Both the position numbers and the translations under genes were made by a program. From Parcubacteria group bacterium Gr01-1014_31 (GTDB lineage: Bacteria; Patescibacteriota; Patescibacteriia; Buchananbacterales; GWA2-38-13): DNA of 64,000 bases. This document shows, one piece after another, positions 16,488-25,858 of this stretch (within the stretch, counting starts at the first letter, position 1; every line of letters starts with the position of its first letter). Under the pieces are notes generated by a model, which worked only from the letters and a program-made list of their open reading frames with translations, ran no database searches and was not told the DNA's origin. The stretch covers positions 4,141 through 68,140 of the forward strand of contig VMFR01000005.1 in assembly GCA_007376135.1 (NCBI GenBank). The letters run 5' to 3'.

Positions 16488-19298
16488 CTATGAAATCGTA
16501 CGGCGCGGCGAGGGTCTTTTCGTTGGTTTACTCTTACTTCCTGGATGTTCTTCTTTCCCGAGATACGCCTTGTACAGCCCAAACAAAAACTCTAACCGTT
16601 CGGGTTCGGTTTTGAAATCCCGCTTGCCGTAACATGCGTCAACCGCTCTGTCGAGGTTGTGGTGAGCATCGAGCAGCTCTTTTGGCATGGTGTTAGGATC
16701 ATAGAGATCGGCCAAAGTTGAACTGGTAAACTTTGCACGAGCATCAAGCACTGCCTGGGCTGCATTCTCAACAGCTTCTTTCTTATCCATCAATGGATTC
16801 TCCGGCCAAGGAAAGCTGTTGTAAACGATATCCTTCGAGTAACGGTAATCAGATTTTAGACGCCCTGCCACAGTACGCATCCAGGCCATGTGCATCCTAC
16901 TTTCCAATACTCCGAAATGGTAAAGACCCGCGCCAGAAACAATAAAAACTGCATCGCCTGCCAACGTATCTTTCCCCATAAAACCTATGGGGATATATTG
17001 GCGACGCTCGGAAGATACTTTTGGAATGACAAGGTAATCCCCATCTGGAATATTCTCAACATGGAAATGCGTTGGTTTTTCGGCCAGCCTTCGCGTTGGT
17101 TCACTTTTACTAAGGGCACGATATTGCCTTACGGCATTAATCCGTCGCATTACCTCAGGCAAGGAACGGATCTCATCTGGCCGTGCGTCACCTACCCATA
17201 GGCACCAGCGCTCAATCCCGTTAAGGAATTCTTCCGAGCCAATCCAACGTTTAAAGAATTTCTCCGCGCGTGGCTCTAAATGTAAAAACTTTAATTTTTC
17301 GGCCGCCGAGAAAAGATACATCCCTCCATCTATGGGCTTATTCCCAATTCCGATTTCTGGAATAATGCCCAAAGGTGCACGACGCCTCTCAAGAAAAACA
17401 TCAGGTGCGTCGACGAGATATGGATTAATATGAGAGGCGATAATCTCGTGTGGCTCGCCACGAATATCTTCGTATTCATATATCTTGAGAGTTTCGCCGG
17501 GCTGGCACCCAAAACCTATCACAACACAATACACAGCGGCTTTCCCCGGCGCCTCATTCGTCCACTTGAAAGTGCGATGTGCAAAATTAATATGGACCCT
17601 GTATCTCCCCATCATTTCATGCCATAGAATTCCTACCTGTTCTCCTTGAGTGATTGAATTAGTAGACACAAACGCACAGCTAATCGCGGTACCTTGAATG
17701 TATTGAGCTGCTTTGAGGTACCAACCTGAAACATAATCTAATACGCCACCTCCACTCTTATCACCAAACAACGAAACGATTTCCGCTCGTTGTTCATCAG
17801 CCATAACCTTCGAGCCAATAAACGGTGGGTTACCGACTATGTAGGTAAGTTTTTCCTCGGATACAAGTAATCGCCAGTCAATCTTCAGTGCGTTCCCCTG
17901 CATAATATGTGGCTGCTCAATGAGTGGAAGTTTACGGAGAGGCTCACCAAAGTAATCACCTAGTTGAACGTTTGTCATATGATCAGTCAACCAAAGTGAT
18001 AGCTGCGCAATCTGCGACGGGAATGATTCAAGTTCAATCCCAAACATCCTCTCGACGGAAAGTTTCGAAAGTTTCGATAAATCAATTTCCATCAGTAATA
18101 CACCCTGCCCGGCATCTACCCTAGCTGTGCGATCTTTATGCAATCGTTTAATTATCTCTAACTCAATTCTGCGTAGTTCACGATACGCGATGACAAGAAA
18201 GTTTCCACAGCCGCAAGCAGGATCAAGTAACGTAATTTTGGCTAACTTTTCCCATAAGGTGTTAAGCTTAGTAGTATTATTACCTACTGTCCTCAGTTCC
18301 CGCTCTAAATCATCTAGGAACAAACCACTTAGTACCTTAAGGATATTCTTCTCTGAGGTGTAGTGTGCACCTAAGTCATGGCGAGCTCGATCATCCATGA
18401 CCGATTGGAACATGGACCCGAATATCGCAGGCGAAATAACTGACCAATCAAATTGTACCGCCGCGATGATTGCGTCTCGGATGCCACGAGTGCCGAAGAG
18501 TGCGGGCAGCGGGGCGGCAAAAAGTCCACCATTAACGTATTCTAATGATGCAAGATCCTCATCAAAGTTTGTCTGCCGCTGGGCCGGCGGTGTATTTAGT
18601 ATTTGAAAAATTAGGCTTAGATGTGCACCAATATCTGAGCCGTCTTCTTTCGTTCTTTCTTCAAGGTAGTTACGGAAAAAATCACTATTAAAAATTCCGG
18701 TGTCATCGGCAAAGAAACAAAACACCAAGCGCGTCAGGAGCTTATCAATGGCCTCCCGGGGGTAATTCGTGATACGGATGGCTTCGTATAACTTTCCGAT
18801 GGCTTGAACCGCCTTAACACTAATGGGGTTTTCTTCACGATATGTCCGAACCCGAAATCCAGGAATGAAACTAAACAGCTTGATCTTTTTGGGGAATTCT
18901 TTAAGCTCGAATTCCTCCTGAAAAACCCCGCCGTCGGCCTCCAGATCATAAAACCGAATTCGAGCATAGTCCGTTACAACGATGTAACGAGGGCGATCAA
19001 CCTCTGGGAGCGCATCAAAATACGATCCTGCCTGTTGGTACGCGCTGTCTAAATTTTTACCGCCGCTTTTGTGTTCAACTATCAACGTGCCAGGCCAGAA
19101 TAAATCGATGAATCCACGATGGCGCTCACCGATGAGATTTACTTTTTCCTGATATCGGGCAACTGTGCGTCGTCGAATTCCGTATACCTCAAAAAACTCA
19201 TTCCAAAAAGACTGGTACTCACCGACTTCACTAGTCTGCCCCGCCCATTCACGGGCGAACGCGACTGCCTGGGCTCGTATTTCATTCCAATTCAGCAT
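16488..19298 (-). CDS. MmeI-like type IIL restriction-modification enzyme (nuclease, m6A methyltransferase, target recognition domain)
   Basis: FWNEFFEVYG, IDLFWPG..IVEHKS (PD-ExK), YVNGGLF, LGAHYTS, LDPACGCGNF, GNPPF, GRLKSDYRYS, LADLYDP. Confidence 0.92.
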   Translation of the reverse strand: MLNWNEIRAQAVAFAREWAGQTSEVGEYQSFWNEFFEVYGIRRRTVARYQEKVNLIGERHRGFIDLFWPGTLIVEHKSGGKNLDSAYQQAGSYFDALPEVDRPRYIVVTDYARIRFYDLEADGGVFQEEFELKEFPKKIKLFSFIPGFRVRTYREENPISVKAVQAIGKLYEAIRITNYPREAIDKLLTRLVFCFFADDTGIFNSDFFRNYLEERTKEDGSDIGAHLSLIFQILNTPPAQRQTNFDEDLASLEYVNGGLFAAPLPALFGTRGIRDAIIAAVQFDWSVISPAIFGSMFQSVMDDRARHDLGAHYTSEKNILKVLSGLFLDDLERELRTVGNNTTKLNTLWEKLAKITLLDPACGCGNFLVIAYRELRRIELEIIKRLHKDRTARVDAGQGVLLMEIDLSKLSKLSVERMFGIELESFPSQIAQLSLWLTDHMTNVQLGDYFGEPLRKLPLIEQPHIMQGNALKIDWRLLVSEEKLTYIVGNPPFIGSKVMADEQRAEIVSLFGDKSGGGVLDYVSGWYLKAAQYIQGTAISCAFVSTNSITQGEQVGILWHEMMGRYRVHINFAHRTFKWTNEAPGKAAVYCVVIGFGCQPGETLKIYEYEDIRGEPHEIIASHINPYLVDAPDVFLERRRAPLGIIPEIGIGNKPIDGGMYLFSAAEKLKFLHLEPRAEKFFKRWIGSEEFLNGIERWCLWVGDARPDEIRSLPEVMRRINAVRQYRALSKSEPTRRLAEKPTHFHVENIPDGDYLVIPKVSSERRQYIPIGFMGKDTLAGDAVFIVSGAGLYHFGVLESRMHMAWMRTVAGRLKSDYRYSKDIVYNSFPWPENPLMDKKEAVENAAQAVLDARAKFTSSTLADLYDPNTMPKELLDAHHNLDRAVDACYGKRDFKTEPERLEFLFGLYKAYLGKEEHPGSKSKPTKRPSPRRTIS

Positions 19299-19371
19299 GG
19301 TTCGGAGTCGAGTAAATCATTCAAGCTTTTTTAATGACTAACAATTCTCCAGCATTCCAGTGTGTCAATTT

Positions 19372-19398
19372 TCCCACCATTGGGCCAAAAAGTCAAAA
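19372..19398 (-). promoter_or_regulatory. 27-bp repeated promoter-like sequence, copy 1 (upstream of the MmeI-like gene)
   Basis: Plus strand TCCCACCATTGGGCCAAAAAGTCAAAA; minus strand reads TTGACT-17 nt-GAAAAT; 25/27 identical to copies 2 and 3. Confidence 0.65.
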
Positions 19399-19718
19399 AC
19401 AAACGGGGCTATTAGCCTTTCTTCAAAGAACAAAAAAACGCCAGCATGAGGGCTGGCGATTCCTCTTAAGAGCTCATACTAGAAGATTTCAAATGCAACG
19501 CGTCAGCTATTTGAATTTACAATTCACATAGATACCTTTTAATAGAGCCCGCACTTTTATCTTAGCACTACTCAGCTTAGTAGGCCAGAATAGTATCAAG
19601 GTATTCGATAACGGCTGTAGCTTAGGCCAGTCCACTATTGTGGCGCTTTTTAGAAAACTTCCGCCGTTCTTTAGTGAACAGAAATTTTATGGTGCGCATT
19701 TCTTAATCGCACACTCCT

Positions 19719-20579
19719 TTACCCGCGGACTAGATCAGTAATGCGTGGAAAAATGCCAAATTTACTATCCTGTCCCACGTTGCCCCTGAAAATGCTAGGC
19801 ACGCCATTAGGTGTATTCCTATAAAAAACTACCATAGAGGCAAGGCCTCTATAACCCAATGGAGCCCCCCGATCTCCCTCCCTGCAATAACCAACCAGCC
19901 TCTCTCTTTCTACATCATCAAGAATTATACTATCAGGGTGCAATGGTCGATCATTCTTATCGTGGATATAATCACAGACGATTTCGACGCCTACTTTAGT
20001 AATTGCAGCGAAGGCTTCGCGACAAATGCAAGGCAAGAGAAAAAATTCAGAAAACTGACCTATCAAAGGAACTTCTTTTGCGACATAATTTCTTGAATTT
20101 AAAAATTGATCACCAGTCCCCGAAAAATCATCAACATATATAATAGCGCCACTTCCTAGGCTGATTGTCGTCTTGATGAGCTCAAGTAAGTTTTGACAAT
20201 CGATAATATGCACGCGCTTTCGTTCTAGATTAGCTTTATCGCGGAGTAAGTTAAGCATCAAGTGGCTACTACTTGCTGGCTTGTCCACGGTCACATATAT
20301 AACTTTTTCTAATGCTACCCCTCGACTTTGTAATTTAGCTAGTAACTTTCCATTGTGTTTGACGAGGACATCTTCCGTCTTTTGTTCCGAATAATACCGG
20401 ATATGACTCAACAAGGACAAAATTAGATGGTGATCAGTTTTAGGAAATTGATCGAGCCAACTAAGAACTAATTGCGGGTGGACTTTTTGAGGGTGGTAAT
20501 CCTTAACTCGCCTACAAAAGTGCAGAATCCTCAAGTAATCTAAGGGATGCAACATCGCCCATGATAAATTATTCATCAT
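19719..20579 (-). CDS. Phosphoribosyltransferase-like protein (PRTase-CE-like)
   Basis: PRPP-binding loop AIIYVDDFSGTGDQF; WLDQF; PLGY.G...VVFYRNTPN; IFPR end. The start overlaps the stop of the ParB gene. Confidence 0.78.
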   Translation of the reverse strand: MMNNLSWAMLHPLDYLRILHFCRRVKDYHPQKVHPQLVLSWLDQFPKTDHHLILSLLSHIRYYSEQKTEDVLVKHNGKLLAKLQSRGVALEKVIYVTVDKPASSSHLMLNLLRDKANLERKRVHIIDCQNLLELIKTTISLGSGAIIYVDDFSGTGDQFLNSRNYVAKEVPLIGQFSEFFLLPCICREAFAAITKVGVEIVCDYIHDKNDRPLHPDSIILDDVERERLVGYCREGDRGAPLGYRGLASMVVFYRNTPNGVPSIFRGNVGQDSKFGIFPRITDLVRG

Positions 20580-21576
20580 CTGTCGGGGTGCCATCCTCCA
20601 TTTTCGCAAGCAGATTTGTAATATAGACCTGCACACCCCTCACGGCCCTCACAAAATCTTTATTAACCTCGCTTGTTAGCTGAGATTCCAATCCCCTTAA
20701 CTTTTCTACAAGATCATTACAAGCGGTAATTGCTGTTGTAATATTTCGAGGTGGCAAAAAAATATCAAAAGTATCACGAGTTTCTAGCTCTATGTGGTTC
20801 ACGTATTCTTTTAACTTTGATTTAAATTCTTTCTCCCGGTTCTGTTCTTGGGCTTTTGCCGATGCTTCAATTATCCTTCGGAAATGAATTACGCTTACGA
20901 TCTTCCCTGATTTGTATTTATCAACAAGCCTTTGAATCAAAACTTCTCTGCCAAGTTCCCTAAATAATCCTGGTAGTTTATCCTCATAAATCTTAATGAC
21001 CGGGTAGGCCTCAATCCAAAAATTCGAAGCCACTCGTCTATCGGGCTCTGACTCTAGAGACAAAGCCTGAAACTTTTCCGGAAAGCTAAGTAATATTTTG
21101 CAACGCTCCACCTGCATCTCACTTAAACCCGTAAGATCAGATATCTTTTTATTATCGTCTTCGTGCAGCTCTTCAATGATGGTTTTCAGACTAATCGCAG
21201 TTGGCATTAGCTCCCATTGTTGTCTAAAGTTATGAATCGAAAACATGTAAAGCAGGCCGGCAATTTTTGTCGGTGGCTCAACAATATTAGCGGGTATAGT
21301 AATCTCAAAACCATCATCAGCCAATTCCGCGCAACACCGAAACCGTCTCTCCCCATCTAAAATTGCATATTTTTCTTGTCCTTTAATTTTGTAAGCGGTG
21401 ATCGGTACAAGTACCCCATGTTGTTGGATACTTTCTTTTAATTCTCGTAAGGGCACGGGGTCGAATAACTTTCTGGGGTTATTTCGATTTGGTTTTATCT
21501 CGGTGACATGAAGATGCTTGAGTAGTCCGGTAGGAACAACTTCCGTAATAACTTTATGTTGTTTATTACTAGACAT
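20569..21576 (-). CDS. ParB/Srx N-terminal domain protein with helical C-terminus
   Basis: IKPNRNNPRKLFD..LRELKESIQQHGVLVPI...YAILDGERRFR; no adjacent parA. Confidence 0.85.
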   Translation of the reverse strand: MSSNKQHKVITEVVPTGLLKHLHVTEIKPNRNNPRKLFDPVPLRELKESIQQHGVLVPITAYKIKGQEKYAILDGERRFRCCAELADDGFEITIPANIVEPPTKIAGLLYMFSIHNFRQQWELMPTAISLKTIIEELHEDDNKKISDLTGLSEMQVERCKILLSFPEKFQALSLESEPDRRVASNFWIEAYPVIKIYEDKLPGLFRELGREVLIQRLVDKYKSGKIVSVIHFRRIIEASAKAQEQNREKEFKSKLKEYVNHIELETRDTFDIFLPPRNITTAITACNDLVEKLRGLESQLTSEVNKDFVRAVRGVQVYITNLLAKMEDGTPTDDE

Positions 21577-21580
21577 TATT

Positions 21581-22387
21581 TTAAACCAATATGTTTGAAA
21601 TCAAAAATTCTCGAGCAGCTTTCCGATTAGAGGAGAACCCAGCTATGCTTCTCCTCACAGAAATTATTCTTTTATAAAATCCTTCCGAAAGCATTTTCGC
21701 CTCATTTGATTCTAAATAGCTAACCAAAAAAGGAATCCGCATGCGACTAAGCCTGCGCATCCATTTTCGTAATCTAATAAGCTTTTTGAAATCAAATTTA
21801 GAGCTATCATAGTCTGTAAAAATGTTTTTGTTATGGACACTGAAAGGCGGATCCATATAGACAAAATCTCCTTTCCGAACGTAACGAAGTGTTTCATCAA
21901 AATCAGCAGCTAAGAGATGTGCCCTCTTCAAAAGCTTAGAAGAACGAGAAAAGACAAGCTCGCTCGGGATGCTGCCAGTTTTGCCGTAAGGCACATTAAA
22001 TTGGCCTGATTGATTTGTTCTATATAAACCATTGAAACAAAAACGATTGAGATACACAAAACGAGCCGCCCTTACCAATGGGTTGTTGATTTTTTTTGAA
22101 TCAAGAGACCTTAGCGAGTAATATGTCTGCTTAGATTGATCTAGCTCTTCTAATATAGCCAAGACTCCTTTCCAATCTTTTTTTATCTGCCTATAGGTAG
22201 CTATCAACTCAAGATTAATATCAGCGAGTAGGGCCTCTTTTGGGGCTACATTAAAAAAGAGGCACGCAGATCCGGCGAACGGTTCCACATACCGCTTACT
22301 TTGACTTGCGCGCCAATAACTGGAAAGTAACGGTACTAACTGCCTCTTGCTGCCAGCCCAACGTAAAATTGTATAATTAGCTGCCAT
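21581..22387 (-). CDS. Dam-family (D12 class) DNA adenine methyltransferase
   Basis: LRWAGSK, YVEPFAGSA (motif I), YLNRFCFNGLYRTNQSGQFNVPYG, FVYMDPPF (motif IV). Confidence 0.92.
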   Translation of the reverse strand: MAANYTILRWAGSKRQLVPLLSSYWRASQSKRYVEPFAGSACLFFNVAPKEALLADINLELIATYRQIKKDWKGVLAILEELDQSKQTYYSLRSLDSKKINNPLVRAARFVYLNRFCFNGLYRTNQSGQFNVPYGKTGSIPSELVFSRSSKLLKRAHLLAADFDETLRYVRKGDFVYMDPPFSVHNKNIFTDYDSSKFDFKKLIRLRKWMRRLSRMRIPFLVSYLESNEAKMLSEGFYKRIISVRRSIAGFSSNRKAAREFLISNILV

Positions 22388-22500
22388 TCACAATTATTAT
22401 TATACGCCCAGTTCTTATTAAAAGAAAAAATTCCCTAATATGACTGACCGGAAGTGAAGTAAACCATATCGAAAAAAATAGTCTATTACCATTCCAATGG

Positions 22501-22527
22501 TCCCACCGTTAGGCCAAAAAGTCAAAA
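22501..22527 (-). promoter_or_regulatory. 27-bp repeated promoter-like sequence, copy 2 (upstream of the dam-like gene)
   Basis: TCCCACCGTTAGGCCAAAAAGTCAAAA, identical to 25787-25813. Confidence 0.65.
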
Positions 22528-22657
22528 CCTCGATGCGCCCATTGGTAGGAAAGTAGGTAAAAAATCGAGGCCCCGCCTCGGGCGGGCAGGGAGCAAAGCG
22601 GTGGGTCCCGCCAACGGCGAGGTAGGCCATTTACCCGGTAATGACGGTTTGAGGTTA

Positions 22658-22770
22658 CTGGATTCCCGCCTTCGCGGGAATGACGGTTTTTTTGATTTCT
22701 GGACCTCCGCTACGGCGCGGGGATGGCGGTTTCTGGTTTTTTTCTGGACCCCCGCCTACGCGGGGTGACA
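22658..22770. repeat. Three tandem REP-like hairpins separated by T-rich linkers
   Basis: CTGGATTCCCGCCTTCGCGGGAATGAC, CTGGACCTCCGCTACGGCGCGGGGATGGC and CTGGACCCCCGCCTACGCGGGGTGAC, starting at 22658, 22699 and 22744. Confidence 0.75.
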
Positions 22771-22774
22771 ATAC

Positions 22775-22806
22775 AAAAAAGCGCCACCAGCAGGTGGCGC
22801 TTTTTC
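22775..22806 (-). terminator. Rho-independent terminator
   Basis: AAAAAAGCGCCACC-AGCA-GGTGGCGCTTTTTT downstream of the DUF4342 gene. Confidence 0.75.
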
Positions 22807-22816
22807 AACGATATCT

Positions 22817-23065
22817 CTACCCCCTCCTCTCCACCACAATCGTGCAATTGGCAACCAGCGCAGCAATGGCACCGATGGCCGCCCAAATCGGGATGAGGGC
22901 GACGCCGACCACGCCGATGGTGAGGGGAAATTCCAAAATAGTGTGCCCCTTCTCATTTTTGATGATGATACGCCGGACGTTGCCCTCCTTCACTAGGGCT
23001 TTTATCCTTTTCACCACGTCGCCGCCCGAAACTTTGAACTCTTCGTGCCGCACGTTTTCTGCCAT
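22817..23065 (-). CDS. DUF4342 domain protein
   Basis: EEFKVSG.DVV.RIK.LVKEGNVRRIIIK..G.TILEFPLT.GVVG...AAIGAIAALVANCTIVVER. Confidence 0.88.
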   Translation of the reverse strand: MAENVRHEEFKVSGGDVVKRIKALVKEGNVRRIIIKNEKGHTILEFPLTIGVVGVALIPIWAAIGAIAALVANCTIVVERRG

Positions 23066-23087
23066 ATGTTTGGTGGTTAGTAGCGCT

Positions 23088-23618
23088 TCAATTCTCGCAG
23101 GCACCGCGAACGTAAGAACTCACCAGCGAATTGCGGCAGGCTTCGCACGCGTTGGAAAACGTTTGCTGAATCGGATAGCATGGTGCCCTGATACACTGGA
23201 TTTGCACTGTTCCGCACACGGGGTCGTACTGCTGGGTGCAGACCTCGGCGTTCCGCGACTCCGGCGTACAAGTAGCAGACCCCCCTGCCGGCGGCTTGGC
23301 ACCCGTGCAGCGCCAGTTGATTTCTGCTGTTTTGGTCTCCGCGCTCACGACGCAAGCCGGGTTGCAACCCTCGCGCGTAGCGTTCAGGTTGGCATCAAAC
23401 CACCACGTCTTTGAATTCTCGTTGAAAGAGCCGGGGGCCAGGGTCTCCCCGCCCTTGATACAGGTTGCCTCCGCAATTTCCCGCGCCTGGGCTTCCGTGA
23501 AATCGGCCGGGCTCGGCTCGGGCGTTACGGTTGGGGACGGTGTTGGAGTTGGCGTTACCGCGGGCGTACACCCCGCCAGCACCACAACCGCTGCGCTTGC
23601 AACAAAGTATTTCAGCAT
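23088..23618 (-). CDS. Lipoprotein with Cys-rich and Kazal-like modules
   Basis: Lipobox LAGC; TP-rich linker; NENSKTWW..GCNPACVV..AEINWRCTG; CTQQYDPVCG...TFSNACEAC. Confidence 0.8.
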   Translation of the reverse strand: MLKYFVASAAVVVLAGCTPAVTPTPTPSPTVTPEPSPADFTEAQAREIAEATCIKGGETLAPGSFNENSKTWWFDANLNATREGCNPACVVSAETKTAEINWRCTGAKPPAGGSATCTPESRNAEVCTQQYDPVCGTVQIQCIRAPCYPIQQTFSNACEACRNSLVSSYVRGACEN

Positions 23619-23746
23619 ATACAAGGTGATACGACAGCAAAGCAAATAAGTAACTTACTCAATAATTCTCACACTACTGGAAGGTGGAGCCAAAAACAGT
23701 GAAGCGGGGAGCATGAAGTAAGGAGTAAGAGTACCGGAAACGATTT

Positions 23747-25087
23747 CTACCGAATGCCGGTATCGCAGGAAAGCCGTACTTCATGCAGCGCCCCCGGTTC
23801 GATGGCGATGGTTTGCGTCTCACAGCGAGGAAAGGGGTTGCCACCGACGGGCTGCAAGCCGTACTCGCCCGGCGGGAGCATCACGCGGAAATTGCCCTCC
23901 TGGTCGGTTTCCGCGATGGCAAACGGGGCGCTGCTTGGACTGTCGGCGGCAATCACCTGCACCGCCGTCACGTAGGGCTTATCCGCGCACGCCGGGTCGG
24001 GAGGTTCCCGCTGCACCGGGCAGTTGGGGCCAAGTATGACTTTTCCCTGCACGCCGGAATCGTACGGCAAAATACCGCCGCTCCCCGGCGTTGGTGCCGC
24101 CATTGGCTCCCAGCCAAACGGGACGGCGCACGGCGTTGGGAAATCCTTTTCCTCGCCGGTCAGCGTGCTTTTCGCGCGCGTGATGACCTGAATGCAAACC
24201 ATCGAACTTCCCTCGCCCCGAGCTTGGCGGGCCAGGAGATTCAAACGGCCATCCTTCATCTCGTAGTACTCCACCGCAACGCCGGCAGGCGCTTCCGAGA
24301 GCTCATCGAGGTACAGCGGCGGATTTGCGACCAGCAGCCGACTGTCCAGCCGGTACTGCAACGAAAACGCGCTGCCTAAACTGTACTCTACAATTGCACC
24401 GGTCTTCGCGTCCACAATGGCATGCATCTGACACGACGCACCACAACCCCATTCAATGACGGTATAGTGGCCGGCAAAATTTGGCCCGTAGGTGAGTCCG
24501 TCAATAATCCTTGGCCCAACGATCTTTGCCGCCGCCGGGGATGTCTCGAAATCAACGTTGGCACGCGGTCCGGTATACGCATCTGGGGCTGGATAATCAC
24601 TGAAGCGGTACAGGTATGGCGTAGCTACATCCAACAACCATACCGCCGGGCCTTCGTAGGGCGAACCGTGCAGCACATGCACGCGCGGGGCCAGCAGCTC
24701 CCCGACCGGTTGCGAAATCGCGTACTCCCCATTGGCCGCCACGCTGAACACATACTCTTTCTTGTCCCCGAACCACAGCGAGAGCGGCTCACTGGTCTTG
24801 TTCTTGATGACGAGGCGCTGCTTGGCCGTCATTTTCTGGCAACGCGGGGAAGGAACGTCTTGGTTCACCTCCACGCGAACGACGTTTTCATCGCCCGGTT
24901 CAACACACGCTCCGACAGCGGGATACTCGCTGTCGGCCGGCAAGACTGCGGCCAGCGGTTTGCCACCACCCTGGTCGGGCTGATCGTTCCCGCTGGGGGT
25001 GCGGCTGGGACGGCGAATCGCAAAAATTGCAATTCCCGCAACGGCAACCAGCGCCACGGCAGCGACGACGAGAATAATTTTTTTCAT
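23747..25087 (-). CDS. Multi-domain exported protein
   Basis: N-terminal anchor; PNFAGHYTVIEWGCGASCQ module; VCIQVIT.A....FPTPC motif; C-terminal carboxypeptidase-regulatory-like module (GPNCPV..C..G.FRV.LPPGEY..DTGIR). Confidence 0.75.
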   Translation of the reverse strand: MKKIILVVAAVALVAVAGIAIFAIRRPSRTPSGNDQPDQGGGKPLAAVLPADSEYPAVGACVEPGDENVVRVEVNQDVPSPRCQKMTAKQRLVIKNKTSEPLSLWFGDKKEYVFSVAANGEYAISQPVGELLAPRVHVLHGSPYEGPAVWLLDVATPYLYRFSDYPAPDAYTGPRANVDFETSPAAAKIVGPRIIDGLTYGPNFAGHYTVIEWGCGASCQMHAIVDAKTGAIVEYSLGSAFSLQYRLDSRLLVANPPLYLDELSEAPAGVAVEYYEMKDGRLNLLARQARGEGSSMVCIQVITRAKSTLTGEEKDFPTPCAVPFGWEPMAAPTPGSGGILPYDSGVQGKVILGPNCPVQREPPDPACADKPYVTAVQVIAADSPSSAPFAIAETDQEGNFRVMLPPGEYGLQPVGGNPFPRCETQTIAIEPGALHEVRLSCDTGIR

Positions 25088-25108
25088 ACGGTTATTTTCA
25101 CACCGACA

Positions 25109-25438
25109 TTACAAATGCGCCCGCGCGGCGTAATTGAAGGGGTAAAAATAATTACGCCACAGCTGGTCGGTAGATTTCCATTGATTGTCACCGACAAAAT
25201 AATCGCTCAACACTTCGCGGACCCGCGCGATCTCCTTGCAGCGCCGCCTGTTTTTTCCGTCCGCCAGGGTCAGGTCGATGAGTTCCAGCGCGCGCTCGAA
25301 CGCCAGGCGGCTGTACTCCGGATTTTTGCTCCGCCACGAGATGGTCCGCTCCACTTCGCTGCCGATATTGGCCAGCTGCTCGATCAGCGAAAGCTCGCGC
25401 CATTTCCCGTTCGCTAATTCCCGATGTTGGTAGGTCAT
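25109..25438 (-). CDS. Conserved hypothetical helical protein
   Basis: QH.ELA.G.W..LSL.EQLANIGSEV.R...FERALEL.DLT; coupled to the upstream gene by an ATGA overlap. Confidence 0.75.
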   Translation of the reverse strand: MTYQHRELANGKWRELSLIEQLANIGSEVERTISWRSKNPEYSRLAFERALELIDLTLADGKNRRRCKEIARVREVLSDYFVGDNQWKSTDQLWRNYFYPFNYAARAHL

Positions 25439-25776
25439 TTCGTTACCAGCTGAGTTACTATCGCAACGATCTTTTTCTGCAGCGCCGGGTCTTGCACGCT
25501 GCGGCTGCGGTTGTCTTGCGACGGCCGCAGGTTGATCATCGAGTCGAATTCGATAAAATTTTCCTCTTGTTCATCCGGATACAGGTTGATACCCCACAGG
25601 TCGGCTTGCAGAGAACCCTGCTCAAGCAGGTACGCCTCTTCGTCGGCGTGCAGCTCGGCGTCAATCGCCATGATCTTTTTCTCCACGTCAACTACCGCTT
25701 TGACCATATTGCCAAAACCATGCGCAGCGATCTGCCGCAACTCCGCAAGAGTTACCGGGGACTGGATGATACGCAT
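25435..25776 (-). CDS. DUF5674-like protein
   Basis: MVKAVVDV....AIDAELHADEE..LLEQGS.Q.DLWGINLYP....IEFDSMINLRPSQ.NRSR. Confidence 0.8.
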   Translation of the reverse strand: MRIIQSPVTLAELRQIAAHGFGNMVKAVVDVEKKIMAIDAELHADEEAYLLEQGSLQADLWGINLYPDEQEENFIEFDSMINLRPSQDNRSRSVQDPALQKKIVAIVTQLVTK

Positions 25777-25786
25777 AAAAAAATTT

Positions 25787-25813
25787 TCCCACCGTTAGGC
25801 CAAAAAGTCAAAA
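25787..25813 (-). promoter_or_regulatory. 27-bp repeated promoter-like sequence, copy 3 (upstream of the DUF5674-like gene)
   Basis: Minus strand TTGACT-17 nt-GAAAAT, ending a few bases before the ATG at 25776 (leaderless-like spacing). Confidence 0.65.
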
Positions 25814-25858
25814 TCATGAAGTAGGGAACCCGTAACAAGTGGGAGAGGAATTTTTTCT

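Noticed and set aside
20569-21576. Chromosome or plasmid partitioning locus
   Set aside because: No parA and no recognisable parS; the gene is embedded between a methyltransferase and a PRTase in an AT-rich island.
15460-22527. Defence island integrated at tRNA-Arg
   Set aside because: The island lies on the 5' side of the tRNA, and I found no integrase or duplicated tRNA 3' end.
22658-22770. Possible mini CRISPR array
   Set aside because: The units are divergent hairpins, the linkers are only about 12-14 nt and T-rich, and no cas genes are present.
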